Shown one piece after another: positions 44,722 to 56,141 of a DNA stretch of 64,000 nt. The position numbers were made by a program, and so were the translations under genes. The stretch covers positions 1,728,001 to 1,792,000 of the forward strand of contig AP024596.1 in assembly GCA_019704295.1 (NCBI GenBank), read 5' to 3'. Each line of letters begins with the position of its first letter. Position 1 is the stretch's first letter. The notes under the pieces were generated by a model, which was not told where the DNA came from, did not search any database, and worked only from the letters and a program-made list of their open reading frames with translations. The DNA comes from Sulfolobales archaeon HS-7 (GTDB lineage: Archaea > Thermoproteota > Thermoprotei_A > Sulfolobales > Sulfolobaceae).

Positions 44722-44973
44722 TTACTCGTTCTTCTTAAACAAGCGGGTTATTGAGATTAACTGGTATTCTCCATTAGGGAGTCGCCTCCTTATTGTGATA
44801 GGAAGGACTCCTCTTTCAAGCTCAAGCTCGGCTATAGCCAAGGTATCCAAACCCTTTATGACGGACTCGTCTAGAAGTGGGATTGCTCCCATAGATAGCT
44901 GTAAAGCCCGCGTCCCAATTATTCTTGCTCTCTCATATTTAGTAAGTTCTGAATCCGTTAGCCAAAAACGCAT
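44722..44973 (-). CDS. rpoK: RNA polymerase subunit K (Rpo6)
   Basis: LTKYERARIIG.RALQLSMGA ... ELE.GVLPITIRR.LP. Confidence 0.95.
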   Translation of the reverse strand: MRFWLTDSELTKYERARIIGTRALQLSMGAIPLLDESVIKGLDTLAIAELELERGVLPITIRRRLPNGEYQLISITRLFKKNE

Positions 44974-45018
44974 TAAGAGTCCATAACTGATGAGAAGCTG
45001 TTGTTTAAAAAATTACTG

Positions 45019-46131
45019 TCACCAACTAATTTCACTCTTGAGGAACTCTGGTAACTCGCAGTATATATCATGGACTTTCTCATATTTTAACCCTGCTATT
45101 TCAGCCCAGGAGGACAGCAAAACGTCTATCATGTCGTTATTGACCATTCCCATTAATCCTAATCTTACGGTGTTTCTTGCCATATTCCTCATACCCCTCG
45201 CTATTTCGATATTCCTTTCCTTGAGCTTAGAAATTATTTCATCGGTAAAATTACCAGTTTCCACGGCAAGAACTGTATTAGAGAAGTCTTCCTCATCACC
45301 TATTAGCTTGTACCCCCAGCTCTTAAACTGAGACCTAGTAATTTTCATGCATGCTTCATGCCTTCTTATCCTATTTTCTATTCCCTCATCTTTTAGTATT
45401 TCAGCAGCTCTTAATGACGCAAATAATGGTCCTACGGCAGGAGTAAACGGGTTCTCACCTCTATCCTGAAACCTTAAGTAGTTACTCAAATCTGTATATA
45501 CTGGAATATCGTCCCTTTGTTTAACCTCTGCTTTTTTACTTACAGCTACGAAGGAGATTCCTGGAACTGACGCTAGGGCCTTCTGACTACCGGTAACTGC
45601 TGCATCTATTCCCCACTCATTTAGCCTAATTTCATGACCTGCAAACCCAGATACACTATCGACGAGTATTTTCACTCCTTTCTTTCGAATATGCCCTACT
45701 AAATCTCTAAGATTTCTGATTGCCACTCCAGTACTTGTTTCATTATGCACAAGCGTAACCGTTGATGGCGAGTACTTATCCAGTGCCGTATCTACGTCGT
45801 TTATCGTTACTGTTTCTCCGAATGGCTTATCCACAACGTAAACCTTAGCTTTTCTCCTCTTCAGCGAATCGATCATTCTATTCCCGAATTCACCATAGGT
45901 AAAGGAAACCACCTTTTCATTAGGTTCGACCATAGAAAATATCATTGTCTCCACGGCAAGAGTTCCCGAACCGGAAAGTATAGCTACCCTGTCAGAATCG
46001 AAAAATTCCTTCATTAAACTCTCAAGCTGATATACGGCCTCTCTGAATTCGTTGCTACGATGATTCCCTATCTCACTTGCCCTTTTCATAACCGAATGTG
46101 GAACTTCGACAGGACCAGGTATTAGTAACAT
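45019..46131 (-). CDS. Class V aminotransferase (serine-pyruvate/phosphoserine type)
   Basis: LIPGP, HNETSTG, VDSVS and GSQKAL; coupled to serA. Confidence 0.9.
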   Translation of the reverse strand: MLLIPGPVEVPHSVMKRASEIGNHRSNEFREAVYQLESLMKEFFDSDRVAILSGSGTLAVETMIFSMVEPNEKVVSFTYGEFGNRMIDSLKRRKAKVYVVDKPFGETVTINDVDTALDKYSPSTVTLVHNETSTGVAIRNLRDLVGHIRKKGVKILVDSVSGFAGHEIRLNEWGIDAAVTGSQKALASVPGISFVAVSKKAEVKQRDDIPVYTDLSNYLRFQDRGENPFTPAVGPLFASLRAAEILKDEGIENRIRRHEACMKITRSQFKSWGYKLIGDEEDFSNTVLAVETGNFTDEIISKLKERNIEIARGMRNMARNTVRLGLMGMVNNDMIDVLLSSWAEIAGLKYEKVHDIYCELPEFLKSEISW

Positions 46132-47058
46132 TTACCTCACTCCACCTATTTCTTTAATTATATTTTGAACCAACATTTCCGCAATTCTCCTTTGCGACTC
46201 TTTCGTTTGGGCTCCTATATGTGTGGTGAAAATTGCATTAGGATGGGCATATATTTTTGTTTCAACGTCGCTCTTCCCTTCCCAGAAGACATCTGCTGCG
46301 TAGCATGACACCTTATTACTATTTAACGCCTCAAGAAGTGGTCCAGGTTCTATCACTACTGCTCTACTTGTATTTACTACAATGGAACCTTCCTTAATGA
46401 TTGAGAACTCCTTCTCACCTAAAATAGGCCTTGACTTAATGTCAACAGTCACATGCAATGTTATAATATCGCTGTTTGCGAGCAGTTCCTCCAAACTAAC
46501 CTGTTTTCCGTTTACAAAAGCTACCTTGTTGCTTACATCTATTATATCATAGGCCAGTATATTCATCCCAAATGCTCTGGCCATTTCCGCAACTCTACTT
46601 CCGATACGCCCGTATCCGATAATCCCCAGGGTCTTTCCAAAAAGCTCTATCCCTGTCACCTTTTCCATTTTTCCTTCCCTAAAGTACGACATCGACTTAT
46701 CGATTCTTCTTGCTGCCGTAACTATCAAGCCTAATGTTAGTTCAGCTGCTGAGTTAGTCGATGCCCCTGGGGCGTAAACGATCTTTATACCTCTTTTGCT
46801 AGCCTCCTCAAGGTCTATGTTGTCGAGACCTATTCCAGCCCTTGCAATTATTTTTAACTTTTTCGCATTCCTGATAATCTCCGAATCTACTACAGTCCTG
46901 CTTCTAACTATCAACACGTCATAATTGGCGATTTTTTGAAGTAGTTCTCCTCTAGATATATTGGGTTCGTATCTTACTCTAATTAATTCTAGGGCAGACA
47001 GCTTATCAATTATATAACTATCTACAGGGTCAGCTATGAGAATGTTAAATGGCTCCAT
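46132..47058 (-). CDS. serA: D-3-phosphoglycerate dehydrogenase
   Basis: VRSRT, RAGIGLDNID, GIIGYGRIG and HIGAQT. Confidence 0.88.
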   Translation of the reverse strand: MEPFNILIADPVDSYIIDKLSALELIRVRYEPNISRGELLQKIANYDVLIVRSRTVVDSEIIRNAKKLKIIARAGIGLDNIDLEEASKRGIKIVYAPGASTNSAAELTLGLIVTAARRIDKSMSYFREGKMEKVTGIELFGKTLGIIGYGRIGSRVAEMARAFGMNILAYDIIDVSNKVAFVNGKQVSLEELLANSDIITLHVTVDIKSRPILGEKEFSIIKEGSIVVNTSRAVVIEPGPLLEALNSNKVSCYAADVFWEGKSDVETKIYAHPNAIFTTHIGAQTKESQRRIAEMLVQNIIKEIGGVR

Positions 47059-47286
47059 AGTTATTTTCCTCCAAAAGAGTTTTATACGTTATTGCCAGCA
47101 AGACCAATAGAAATTGTTAAACAATTCATTATGAAAAGTAAGGGAAATGGACTTTAAAAACGGATTGATTAGATATACTACATCCTTCATTATAAGTCAA
47201 TGAGTTCTTTTATTCATCATTTAAAAGGTTTTCCCTATATATATTTAAAAATGTCAAATCTTAGGTGAATACCTATAGTTTCTCGG

Positions 47287-47602
47287 TAACTTTCTCCACT
47301 CTCTGAAAGGGGCTCATTATCCCCATCCATTCCGAATTAGATCTCTCGTTTGGAGCACTCTAGTAGATCAGAAATCAGCTATCACCTGAAGGGTGGTTAT
47401 CTCTCACAGAGTACCTTATGATCACACAAAGAAGAGAAAAGAGAAGGTATTGTTTGCTACCCCCTCAGTCCAATTAGGCCCACAGTTGACAGATATGAAC
47501 ATTATCAGTATCACTAAGCGGTGGCAAGGAAAAAAGAGCATTTAAACTCTGAGTATAAGGAACTATTCTCTCCAAGAGTATTTCCTCCTCAACCTATATA
47601 GG
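47287..47602 (-). mobile_element. Highly decayed IS605-family mini-element remnant (second subfamily)
   Basis: One end reads TAACTTTCTCCACTCTCTGAAAGGGG, resembling the IS605 end TGACTTCCTCCCCGCCCTGAAGGG as recalled. The other end, GGAACTATTCTCTCC..TTCCTCCTC, resembles the left end at 4395-4430. Confidence 0.4.
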
Positions 47603-47855
47603 ATAATATCCCTTCCACAGGATCAGTCTTTACGGTTATTAACTCCTTTACTGTTCTGCAAGGCAAGGTATTTGAAAAGACAAACTATGTCTTTAATCGA
47701 CTTGATTCGGCACTTTTCTGAGTTTGGAGGCTCTGTTTCACTTTACACCTGGGATTTGATAGTTTTCAATTCTAAAAACGTTATTACAATAAGTGTTGAC
47801 TCTGATTACGTAAAATTAAAGAAGATGCTGTTGATCTTAAGAGTTAAAAATAATT

Positions 47856-48224
47856 ATGCATAATTATTTGATAGTGTCAGACTTAAGTAACGAGGCAAAG
47901 AAACTAGCGTCTGCACATGCGAGGACATTTAGGAATGTAGAAAAAGCATTGTACGGTAACGATGTTTCAATTCTCTCAATTTATAAGAAAGTAAAGGAAT
48001 GCAAAGACAAAGCCCAGTTATCAAACGTGCTGAATACCAACAACTATGACATTACAGATGCTAAGTTAAAGGACGATCTGAAAAGGTTTTTCTCGGATAT
48101 AATAAAATCGACGTCGGCGTTAAGTGATCGGGATGCCTTATTTTTTGCGAATGAGGCTTTCACGTACTTAATTATCGCCCTTCAAACAAAACTTGACGCG
48201 ATGAAAAGGGGTTATTGGTATTAA
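47856..48224 (+). CDS. Orphan helical hypothetical protein
   Basis: 122-aa ORF convergent on fen, next to an IS remnant. Confidence 0.6.
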   Translation: MHNYLIVSDLSNEAKKLASAHARTFRNVEKALYGNDVSILSIYKKVKECKDKAQLSNVLNTNNYDITDAKLKDDLKRFFSDIIKSTSALSDRDALFFANEAFTYLIIALQTKLDAMKRGYWY

Positions 48225-48229
48225 GGGGT

Positions 48230-49276
48230 TTAAAACCACTTATCGAGTCCCTGTTGTTTTCCTTCTCTCTTCATTTTACTTACAGCTTTAGTTAGTCGTT
48301 CAATTCCTCCCTCGACCCTTTCTTGATTGAAGTCGTTCTCGTTAACCAAGATCTTCAGTATCTCTTCCTTATTAATCTCCCCTAATTCCATTTTCTCCTC
48401 AGGTTCCTTAACATCAGGGTTGAGGAAGAGTGACCTTATAGGTCGTGGATCAAAGTCTACCTGAACTTCTCCTGATTTTATTGCATTATCAATATTTCCA
48501 TGCTTCTTGATTAACTTAAGCGCAGTTTTAGGTCCTATCCCCTTAACTCCTTCTGGGTTATAATCCGTTCCTATTAAAATGGCCAAATCTATTAACTGTT
48601 CTCGCGTAATTCCCAGTTCTTTAAGCAGTGTATCGATATCGATCTCCTCAACTTTTACCTCTACGTAGACGTCCTTATTTGGTAACTTTCTTTTTCCTGT
48701 TATTGCGAGGTTTCGGATTAGTCTACTTGCACCGAACAAAAGAGAGTCGTAATCCTGACTTACTGCTCCCCAGGAATACCCCTTCGTATTAAGATATGCG
48801 GCTTCAGCCTCACCTTCAGCTGGTGCCTGAACGTAAGGTATTCCCATGCTTTTTAATAACCGTTTAGCGTCCCCAGCCATTTTACTCGATAAATAGTTCG
48901 TAGCCTGGGCGTACTTTCTCATACTTCTTATATCCCCTTCTTTTCTCGCCATTTCATATTTCTCCTGCGCCTCCTCTTTTACTTTCCTTCTATTCTCAAT
49001 CTCCTCCTTCTTTAATTCCGGTGGTTTACCATCAAAAACGAATACGGGGGTTATACCTTCCTCTACCAGATTTATTGTCCTGTAAAAAACGCCACTCAGG
49101 TGACTAGTTATTTCTCCACGTAAGTTTTTGAGAGGAGTTCCATCGGGTTGCCTTATTGCCGCCAAAAATTGGTATAACATGTTATATGCATCTATCGAAA
49201 GCGACTTTCCAGACAGACTGTTAACCGAGAGCTCCTTCTTTACATTAATGACTAAATCTCCTAAGTCGACTCCTAT
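48230..49276 (-). CDS. fen: Flap endonuclease 1 (probable ATA start)
   Basis: The frame extends upstream of 49180 through IDAYN to (I)GVDLGDLV. FVFDG, EGEA, SQDYD and GTDYN..G.KGIGPKTA motifs are present, with a C-terminal PIP box QQGLDKWF. Confidence 0.95.
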   Translation of the reverse strand: MGVDLGDLVINVKKELSVNSLSGKSLSIDAYNMLYQFLAAIRQPDGTPLKNLRGEITSHLSGVFYRTINLVEEGITPVFVFDGKPPELKKEEIENRRKVKEEAQEKYEMARKEGDIRSMRKYAQATNYLSSKMAGDAKRLLKSMGIPYVQAPAEGEAEAAYLNTKGYSWGAVSQDYDSLLFGASRLIRNLAITGKRKLPNKDVYVEVKVEEIDIDTLLKELGITREQLIDLAILIGTDYNPEGVKGIGPKTALKLIKKHGNIDNAIKSGEVQVDFDPRPIRSLFLNPDVKEPEEKMELGEINKEEILKILVNENDFNQERVEGGIERLTKAVSKMKREGKQQGLDKWF

Positions 49277-49503
49277 TCCTTACCACCTAGAAGACTGATC
49301 ATCTTAGTATCCTCGTTGATTGTTGAAACTGATATATATCCCCTCATTTCAAGAGCCATTAGTGCTTTCATAAAGTCTGAGAAGGGTATATCGTCATTTA
49401 ATGCCTTCGATAATTCTTTATAGAGGTCTTTGTCCGTTATTGAAGCGTTCCTCCTAGTAATTACATCAAGTATTTCGTTAATCACTCTTCTTTTATACCA
49501 CAA
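49273..49503 (-). CDS. Small winged-helix protein
   Basis: 76 aa with FMKALMALEMRGYISV; lies between cdc48 and fen. Confidence 0.75.
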   Translation of the reverse strand: MWYKRRVINEILDVITRRNASITDKDLYKELSKALNDDIPFSDFMKALMALEMRGYISVSTINEDTKMISLLGGKE

Positions 49504-49508
49504 CTATA

Positions 49509-51734
49509 TCACGCAAAAGTACTTGGTTTGACCGTCTGCTTTGGTAATTGTTGCCTTGCCTTATCGAACCAGTTGTTGTAGAACTGTATCATGTCTTGAG
49601 TTATTGACGGTTTAACTTTCGTTAATGCTATTTCGAAGTGTTGCCTATCCACGATAACCTCATCAGGTTTCTTTCCCCTCCTTATACCTTCTCTTATGGC
49701 GAGTAAACCCGCTTCTCGAATCAAGGCAGCGATGTCTGCCCCTGTGTATCCTTCCGTCCTAGCTGCTATTTCTTCAAGACTTATATCCTGTGCTAATTTT
49801 ACATTTCTCAGATGCACTTTCATTATTTCAACCCTTGCTCTTAAATCGGGCGGAGGAACGTAGATTAATTTTTCAATTCTTCCCGGTCTGAGAAGTGCAG
49901 GGTCTATGATGTCTGGGCGATTTGTTGAAGCTATAATTACTACGTTTTCCAACTTTTCTATTCCGTCAATTTCCGTTAGGAACTGGCTAACTATTCTCTC
50001 TAGTATGTTGGTGTCGTTACTATAGCCCCTCATTGGAACTATTGCGTCTATTTCGTCGAAGAACACTATAACCGGAGCGTATTGTCTAGCCTTTCTGAAA
50101 ATCTCGCGTATCGCCCTTTCACTCTCCCCAACCCATTTCGATAAGACCTCAGGACCACGTATCGCTATAAAGTTAGCACCGCTTTCAGTAGCAGCAGCCT
50201 TAGCTAGCAACGTTTTACCTGTTCCAGGGGGTCCGAATAGTAGGATTCCCCTTGGTGGCTGAATACCTATGTTCATGTAATATTCCGAGAATTTCAGAGG
50301 CCATTCCACTATCTCTTGAAGTTCAACTTTTATGTCCTCCAATCCGCCAATATCTGTCCACTTAACCTCCGGTACTTCAACGTAAATCTCCCTAAGTCCG
50401 CTCGGAACAATTTCCTTGAAAGCTTTGAAGAAGTCGTCCCTAGTTACCTCCATGTTGTCTAAAATTTCAGTCGGTATTTTATCTGCAGGTAGATCTATCT
50501 GAGGTAGATATCTCCTCAGAGCGTACATAGCAGCTTCTCTAACCAGAGCCGAGAGATCAGCTCCCGTATAACCGTGAGTCAATTCAGCTAATTCCTCTAA
50601 GTTAATATCCCTTCCTAATGGCATGTTCCTAGTGTGTATTTGAAGTATTTCGAGCCTTCCCTGTTTGTCAGGGAGGGGGATTTCTATTTCCCTATCGAAT
50701 CTGCCGGGTCTCCTCAATGCAGGATCGACCGCGTTTGGCCTGTTTGTTGCCGCAACTACCATGACGTTCCCACGACTTTCGAGACCGTCCATTAGCGTCA
50801 AGAGTTGGGCCACTACTCTCCTTTCTACTTCTCCTATTACCTCGTCACGTTTAGGAGCTATTGCGTCCACTTCGTCAATGAATATTATTGCTGGTGCATG
50901 CTTTTTCGCGTCATCGAATATCTCCCTTAATCTCTGTTCGCTTTCACCGTAGAACTTACTCATTATTTCCGGACCGTTAATTGATGTAAAGTAAGCGTCC
51001 GTTTCGTTCGCTACTGCCTTTGCTAGCAAGGTTTTTCCTACCCCAGGAGGGCCATAAAGTAGAACACCTTTCGGAGGATCTATGCCTAACCTCTTAAAAA
51101 GTTCTGGATGCCTCAAAGGCAGCTCTATTAGTTCTCTAACCTTCTCTATTACTTGATTGAGCCCCCCTATATCCTCGTAGGTAACTCTCGGAACTTTGCT
51201 CTGTTCCGCAGGCTTCTCAGAAATAGTGATGGCTGTTTCGTCAGTAACCATAACTATACCCTGTGGGCGAAGTTGAACAACAGTGAACGGAATAGCCTGC
51301 CCTAGGACTGGAATAAGAACCGTGTCGCCTTCTGTGAGCGGCGTATCCTTAAGCTTTTTCTTAACGTAGCTAACGAAACCAGGGTCTACGGAGATCGAGA
51401 AGTTTGCAGGAGCTAACTTGACATAGGAAGCGGGTTTGACCTGAGCTTTTCTTACAACTACCGTATCACCTATGCTCACGCCGGCGTTTTTCCTTATTAT
51501 TCCGTCCATCCTTATTATGTCAAGTCCGGCGTCTTCAGCTGCATTCGCCCAAGCTATTGCTGCTGTTTTCCGAGTCCCTTCAATTTCTATGACATCCCCT
51601 GGTGTTACACCTATTGAAGCTAGAAGTTCAACGTCCACTCTTACCTTTGCTCTACCTACGTCTTTTTGTTTAGCCTCCATAACCCTTAAGACTAATTCAC
51701 GCCTTTGCGGTTGACTTTCAGATGCTGAAGGCAC
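49509..51734 (-). CDS. cdc48: CDC48/VCP-family AAA+ ATPase
   Basis: N domain plus two AAA modules ([29 protein letters not shown]). Confidence 0.96.
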   Translation of the reverse strand: MPSASESQPQRRELVLRVMEAKQKDVGRAKVRVDVELLASIGVTPGDVIEIEGTRKTAAIAWANAAEDAGLDIIRMDGIIRKNAGVSIGDTVVVRKAQVKPASYVKLAPANFSISVDPGFVSYVKKKLKDTPLTEGDTVLIPVLGQAIPFTVVQLRPQGIVMVTDETAITISEKPAEQSKVPRVTYEDIGGLNQVIEKVRELIELPLRHPELFKRLGIDPPKGVLLYGPPGVGKTLLAKAVANETDAYFTSINGPEIMSKFYGESEQRLREIFDDAKKHAPAIIFIDEVDAIAPKRDEVIGEVERRVVAQLLTLMDGLESRGNVMVVAATNRPNAVDPALRRPGRFDREIEIPLPDKQGRLEILQIHTRNMPLGRDINLEELAELTHGYTGADLSALVREAAMYALRRYLPQIDLPADKIPTEILDNMEVTRDDFFKAFKEIVPSGLREIYVEVPEVKWTDIGGLEDIKVELQEIVEWPLKFSEYYMNIGIQPPRGILLFGPPGTGKTLLAKAAATESGANFIAIRGPEVLSKWVGESERAIREIFRKARQYAPVIVFFDEIDAIVPMRGYSNDTNILERIVSQFLTEIDGIEKLENVVIIASTNRPDIIDPALLRPGRIEKLIYVPPPDLRARVEIMKVHLRNVKLAQDISLEEIAARTEGYTGADIAALIREAGLLAIREGIRRGKKPDEVIVDRQHFEIALTKVKPSITQDMIQFYNNWFDKARQQLPKQTVKPSTFA

Positions 51735-52007
51735 TTATAATCCCTAAGTACACATTAACATTTGGCTATTTTAGATTTGTTGATTTAACTCTGTTCTTTA
51801 GAATCACTCATACTTCTATCTTATTTTGAGATAGTAAGGTCGCATCTTCTCGTTCTCTGCAAGAGGTTATTTAGTAAATTAAAAACTTTGCGATACTATT
51901 CCTAGGAATTCGGGGACCATTGCATTAAGTACTAATGTATAAACTATCGTCGTTTGATCAAGTAAAGGCTTTTATCTTACAAAATCGGTTTCGATATCGA
52001 AAAAGAA

Positions 52008-52451
52008 ATGTGGGATCATTTTCACGAAACGCCGAGATTCAAGGTAGAGAGAGGTGGCTGGCTTAGACTGTGGATACTTCAACTTTTAGTAAAAAGGGAA
52101 ATGACGGGAGCAGAAATAATTAATTATATACATGAACTAACTGCGGGTAGATGGAAACCATCACCTGGAAGTGTTTACCCCATTTTAAAATCTATGGTTG
52201 AGGAGGGATATTTGAAATACAGAGAAGAGAGAAATTCTAAAGTATATAGTCTCACAGAGAAGGGAAGAAAAGAATTAGAAAATATGGGAGTAGCGGTCAG
52301 GGAGGAGAACGCTGATGAGATTATTGAGACAATCGAGAATTACGTCGAGTATTTAGGAGAATTGTATGGTGAACAAATCCTCAGGGATGATGGGTTAAAG
52401 GGAAAGGTTATGGCAGTAATAACACATCTCAAACAAATTGTAGGTGAGTGA
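52008..52451 (+). CDS. PadR-family transcriptional regulator
   Basis: WKPSPGSVYP.L..M.EEG ... YSLTEKG. Confidence 0.92.
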   Translation: MWDHFHETPRFKVERGGWLRLWILQLLVKREMTGAEIINYIHELTAGRWKPSPGSVYPILKSMVEEGYLKYREERNSKVYSLTEKGRKELENMGVAVREENADEIIETIENYVEYLGELYGEQILRDDGLKGKVMAVITHLKQIVGE

Positions 52452-53421
52452 AGTGGATGCGATAGAAACCAAAGACCTTGTAAAGAAATACGGGGAATTC
52501 ATAGCTCTTAATTCGATAAGCTTTAATGTGAAGCAAGGAGAAAGATTCGGTCTTTTAGGTCCTAATGGCGCAGGTAAAACTACAACCATAAAAATACTTA
52601 CCGGTCTCGTACCCCCAACATCAGGTACAGCCATAGTTGCAGGTTATGACGTAGTTAAGGAAACGAAAAAGGTTAAGGAGAGGATCGGTTGGGTGGCCTC
52701 AGAAGTTATTCTGGACGACGATCTTAACGCCTGGGAAAACTTAGAAATTCAGGCTAAGTTACAGGGTGTAAGCGATTGGGAAAAGAGAGCGAAGGACCTG
52801 CTCGATTACTTCGGATTATCCCAGTTCATTAAGAGGCAAGTCGGGAAATATTCGACAGGAATGAGGAAGAAATTAGAGATTGCGTCAGCACTTCTCAATT
52901 CTCCAGAGATTATATTTATGGATGAACCTACAATAGGGCTCGACGTAAATACTAGAAGTCTACTCTGGAATACGATAAGGGGAGTCAACAAGGAATTCGG
53001 AGTATCAGTACTGCTTACAACCCATTATATGGAAGAAGCCGATAGCTTATGTGACAGGATAGCCATAATTAACCAAGGGAAGATTGCGGCTATAGGTACT
53101 CCTGACGAATTAAAGTCGAAAGTCGGTGGAGAAATAGTCGAAATAGAGGTTACAAATCCCATTGATACAGGCGGAATAAGAAGTATGGAAAACGTCATCG
53201 ACGTATCTCAGAATCAAAACATAGTAAGAATTAAGGCTAAGAAGGTGGAGAGGTTGCTCGCCGAACTTCCTAGAGTTATTGACTTTAATAACGTAAAGTC
53301 TTTAAGAGTAGAGAAGCCTTCCCTTGACACTGTATTCCTAGAATTAACAGGAAGGAAAATCCAAGAGGAAGAAACTGATTTCAGGAAGTTCTACATGACA
53401 ATAAGGAGGGCGAGGCAATAA
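52444..53421 (+). CDS. ABC exporter ATP-binding subunit (DrrA-like)
   Basis: GPNGAGKTT, YSTGM, DEPTIGLD and TTHYMEEA. Confidence 0.95.
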   Translation: MSEVDAIETKDLVKKYGEFIALNSISFNVKQGERFGLLGPNGAGKTTTIKILTGLVPPTSGTAIVAGYDVVKETKKVKERIGWVASEVILDDDLNAWENLEIQAKLQGVSDWEKRAKDLLDYFGLSQFIKRQVGKYSTGMRKKLEIASALLNSPEIIFMDEPTIGLDVNTRSLLWNTIRGVNKEFGVSVLLTTHYMEEADSLCDRIAIINQGKIAAIGTPDELKSKVGGEIVEIEVTNPIDTGGIRSMENVIDVSQNQNIVRIKAKKVERLLAELPRVIDFNNVKSLRVEKPSLDTVFLELTGRKIQEEETDFRKFYMTIRRARQ

Positions 53422-54188
53422 TGTTTAGGGAAATATACGTCCTTTATAAAAGGGAAGTAAAGAAAACCGTAAGGAACCCCGCAGTTATAACGATTATGAT
53501 AATACAGCCGTTAATGTGGATAGCCTTTTTCGGGAGTAGTTTTGCCAATACACCCCATGAGTTTCTGCAGACGTTCTTCCATACCTCGAATTACATAGCT
53601 TTCCTTCTCCCAGGAGAACTGGCTACTTCCATGTTATTTATAGGACTGTTTAGTTCAATGAGCATGATAAACGACAAGAGATTCGGCTACCTTAAGAAAC
53701 TCATGGTAACAAAGGCTGACAAGAGTGCTATATTCTTTGGGAAAGTGTTCGGAGCTACAACCAGAGGTGTAATTCAGATTCCCGTAATGATACTAGCGGC
53801 AATGGCTTTTGGTGTTACAATACCAGGAAACGTTATTGGTATAGTGGAGTGGATAATAGGTCTCCTTCTACTCGGAGTGGGCTTTTCCGCCCTATACCTG
53901 ATAGTAACTATGAATTCCAGGGATTGGCAAACTCCGAACGTTATAGCGAATTTCATTAACTTACCTCTCATGTTTTCCAGTACGGCGTTATTTCCAAGTA
54001 GCTTCTTTCCGGTATGGATGAGAGATATTGCAGAGGTAAATCCGATAAGTTTCGCAGCAGATTTGGGCAGGGCGATAACTGTATACGGCGATCCTGATCC
54101 CATATACCTAGCATATCTAGCAATATTCGCCTTTGTCATGGTCACAATAGGAGTTGTAATAGCAAAGACACGTCTATCACCTGAGTAA
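53421..54188 (+). CDS. ABC-2 type permease
   Basis: Six TM segments, with QPLMW, LPG and NP motifs. Confidence 0.92.
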   Translation: MFREIYVLYKREVKKTVRNPAVITIMIIQPLMWIAFFGSSFANTPHEFLQTFFHTSNYIAFLLPGELATSMLFIGLFSSMSMINDKRFGYLKKLMVTKADKSAIFFGKVFGATTRGVIQIPVMILAAMAFGVTIPGNVIGIVEWIIGLLLLGVGFSALYLIVTMNSRDWQTPNVIANFINLPLMFSSTALFPSSFFPVWMRDIAEVNPISFAADLGRAITVYGDPDPIYLAYLAIFAFVMVTIGVVIAKTRLSPE

Positions 54189-54400
54189 GGAATAAAAACT
54201 TTCCTTGCATCGACTAGCAGTTTTAAGAATAACCTTACTAAGTGTGGAAGATCTTCAACGACTCTACGTAAAAAGTATAGTGACAGTAAAGAATTCCAGA
54301 AAGAGCTGAGAATCAGAATTTTAGCCTTTTTCCCTAAATCTTTCCATCCTATGCAAAGGGTCAGAAAGAGTTTTTATCCTCTTAATTAAACACAATCTGG

Positions 54401-54475
<75 letters not shown>

Positions 54476-54722
54476 TTTTTGTAGTACTAGAATTTCCACC
54501 ATCCTATATCTAAGGGGGTAATGGCCTGTAGTATCGAAGACAGAAAGCTGATCAAGGTTACATGTCCTAATTCCTTGGGAAAGACCTAGCTCTTACAGTA
54601 GAGGTCCGACAATTGTCCATTCCTTTGTTATTATACTTCTTTACACTCTAACGGCAACGACAAAAATTCTCCCAGTAATAATCATTACTTGAACAAAGTT
54701 TATACTTGCGAGACAAATAAAG

Positions 54723-56141
54723 GCGAACTCAACCCTTCTCGGCAAAAAGGGGTCTCCTGCTTTACAGCTGCACCTTACCAGTGGTAGGGGCGGAGCTCCA
54801 CAGACAGTAGGGTCGCACGGACCTGTTCAAGATGTTTAGGGAAGTAATGTAATCTCGATCATTTACCCACTCGCATCGAGGACAGAGGAACACCCGGTCA
54901 AGGAGGGTTAGGTCTTCACTCGCGTAATCGCACATAGGGCAGGTCCTAGACGTGTATGCGAAATCCACGAGAAGGATCGTCTAACCGTGGTTCTCTAACA
55001 GGGACTTCACGACGGACTTTAGCTCGTTGAAGACGACGTCATAGAGCCTCATTTTTCGGAAGCACTTGCCCACGAGCTTCTTTACCTGTATGTCCTCCAT
55101 GACGAGAACGTCGTAGTTCTCAGCGAAGTACTTACCTAACGTCATGGAGAGGCGCTATATGCTTTGCTTGTAATACAGTTAATGGAACAGTAAGTCCAGG
55201 ACGCTGCCTACATTAACATCATAGTGAATCCTCATCCCTAGTGCTACGTATTTCCCCATCGAAGGTCTCTCTTAGGTTCCTTAAGGTGCTCGTATGCCTT
55301 GGACAACTTGACCTTTGCTTTAAACCAGTTCTTGGAGACGAAAACCTTCTTTGAAAGCTCTCCGTGTAGGTGTTGTACCTTCCATAAGCCTCTCTCTCGC
55401 AAGGCTTCGCGTTGGGGGAAATACTCCCCGTCTGACGTCATGATGAGGTTCTTGATTTCCAGGTCCAGTATCGTGACCTTATTAACTTTAGGTAGCTTTG
55501 GGGGACTCGTAACCCCTCGACCACGGAGGAGACGTAGACCGTACCTGAGAACGTCAACTTCACGACAACTCGCTTAACCTTGTTCAGGAGGAAGTCCATG
55601 TGTGTGAGAACCTTGAAGACACCCAAGTGAGAAAGCCTTAACTTCATCGACTTCTTGGGGTAACCCTCGCCTTCCTTCTCTTCTTCCGCGTTGTCTTTAC
55701 GCTTAGCACTTTCCGACCGCCCTTGGGTAGACCAGGGAGAAACATCTGTGCTTCTCCTTGGGGAGACGCACTAATCCGTCAAGGACCTTTTCCTAGCCTA
55801 ATGGAAGCGGTCCGCAATGTTCTGAGCCACCCGAGAGTATAGTTGTTGATACTCTCCGTCATGCTTGCTAAGATCCAGGCGAGTTGCCTCAACTCGGTTT
55901 GGGTCAGACCTTTTCCATCCCTTAAATAGAAATAGGAACCCGCCCAACGCAGAGTGTCGTACAACTCACACCCCAACTTTAATCGGGCCTTTAACGCCCT
56001 AAATATTTGTCAATTAGCGTAGGTTCTAAACTTAGATCCTACGTCGGGCATTAGGGGAGTTCGGAATCACACCCATTAGGCTTATACAGAAGGGGCTATC
56101 CACCCTCACGGGTCTTTCGCCCCCTTGAACCCCCCATATCG
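54723..56141 (-). mobile_element. IS200/IS605-family (tnpB-only, IS1341-like) element, inactivated
   Basis: Minus strand: TTTAT (56146-56142), left end CGATATGGGGGGTTCAAGGGGGCGAAAGACC, tnpB fragments, omega-RNA-like 3' segment, right end GAGTTCGC (mutated TTCAC). No tnpA is present. Confidence 0.88.
54762..56051 (-). pseudogene. tnpB: tnpB pseudogene (multiple frameshifts and an internal insertion)
   Basis: Fragments [74 protein letters not shown] and [25 protein letters not shown]. Confidence 0.9.

Noticed and set aside
47856-48224. Possible Cas11/Csm2-type small subunit
   Set aside because: Only the size and helicity fit. There are no recognisable motifs, no other cas genes and no CRISPR array in the window.
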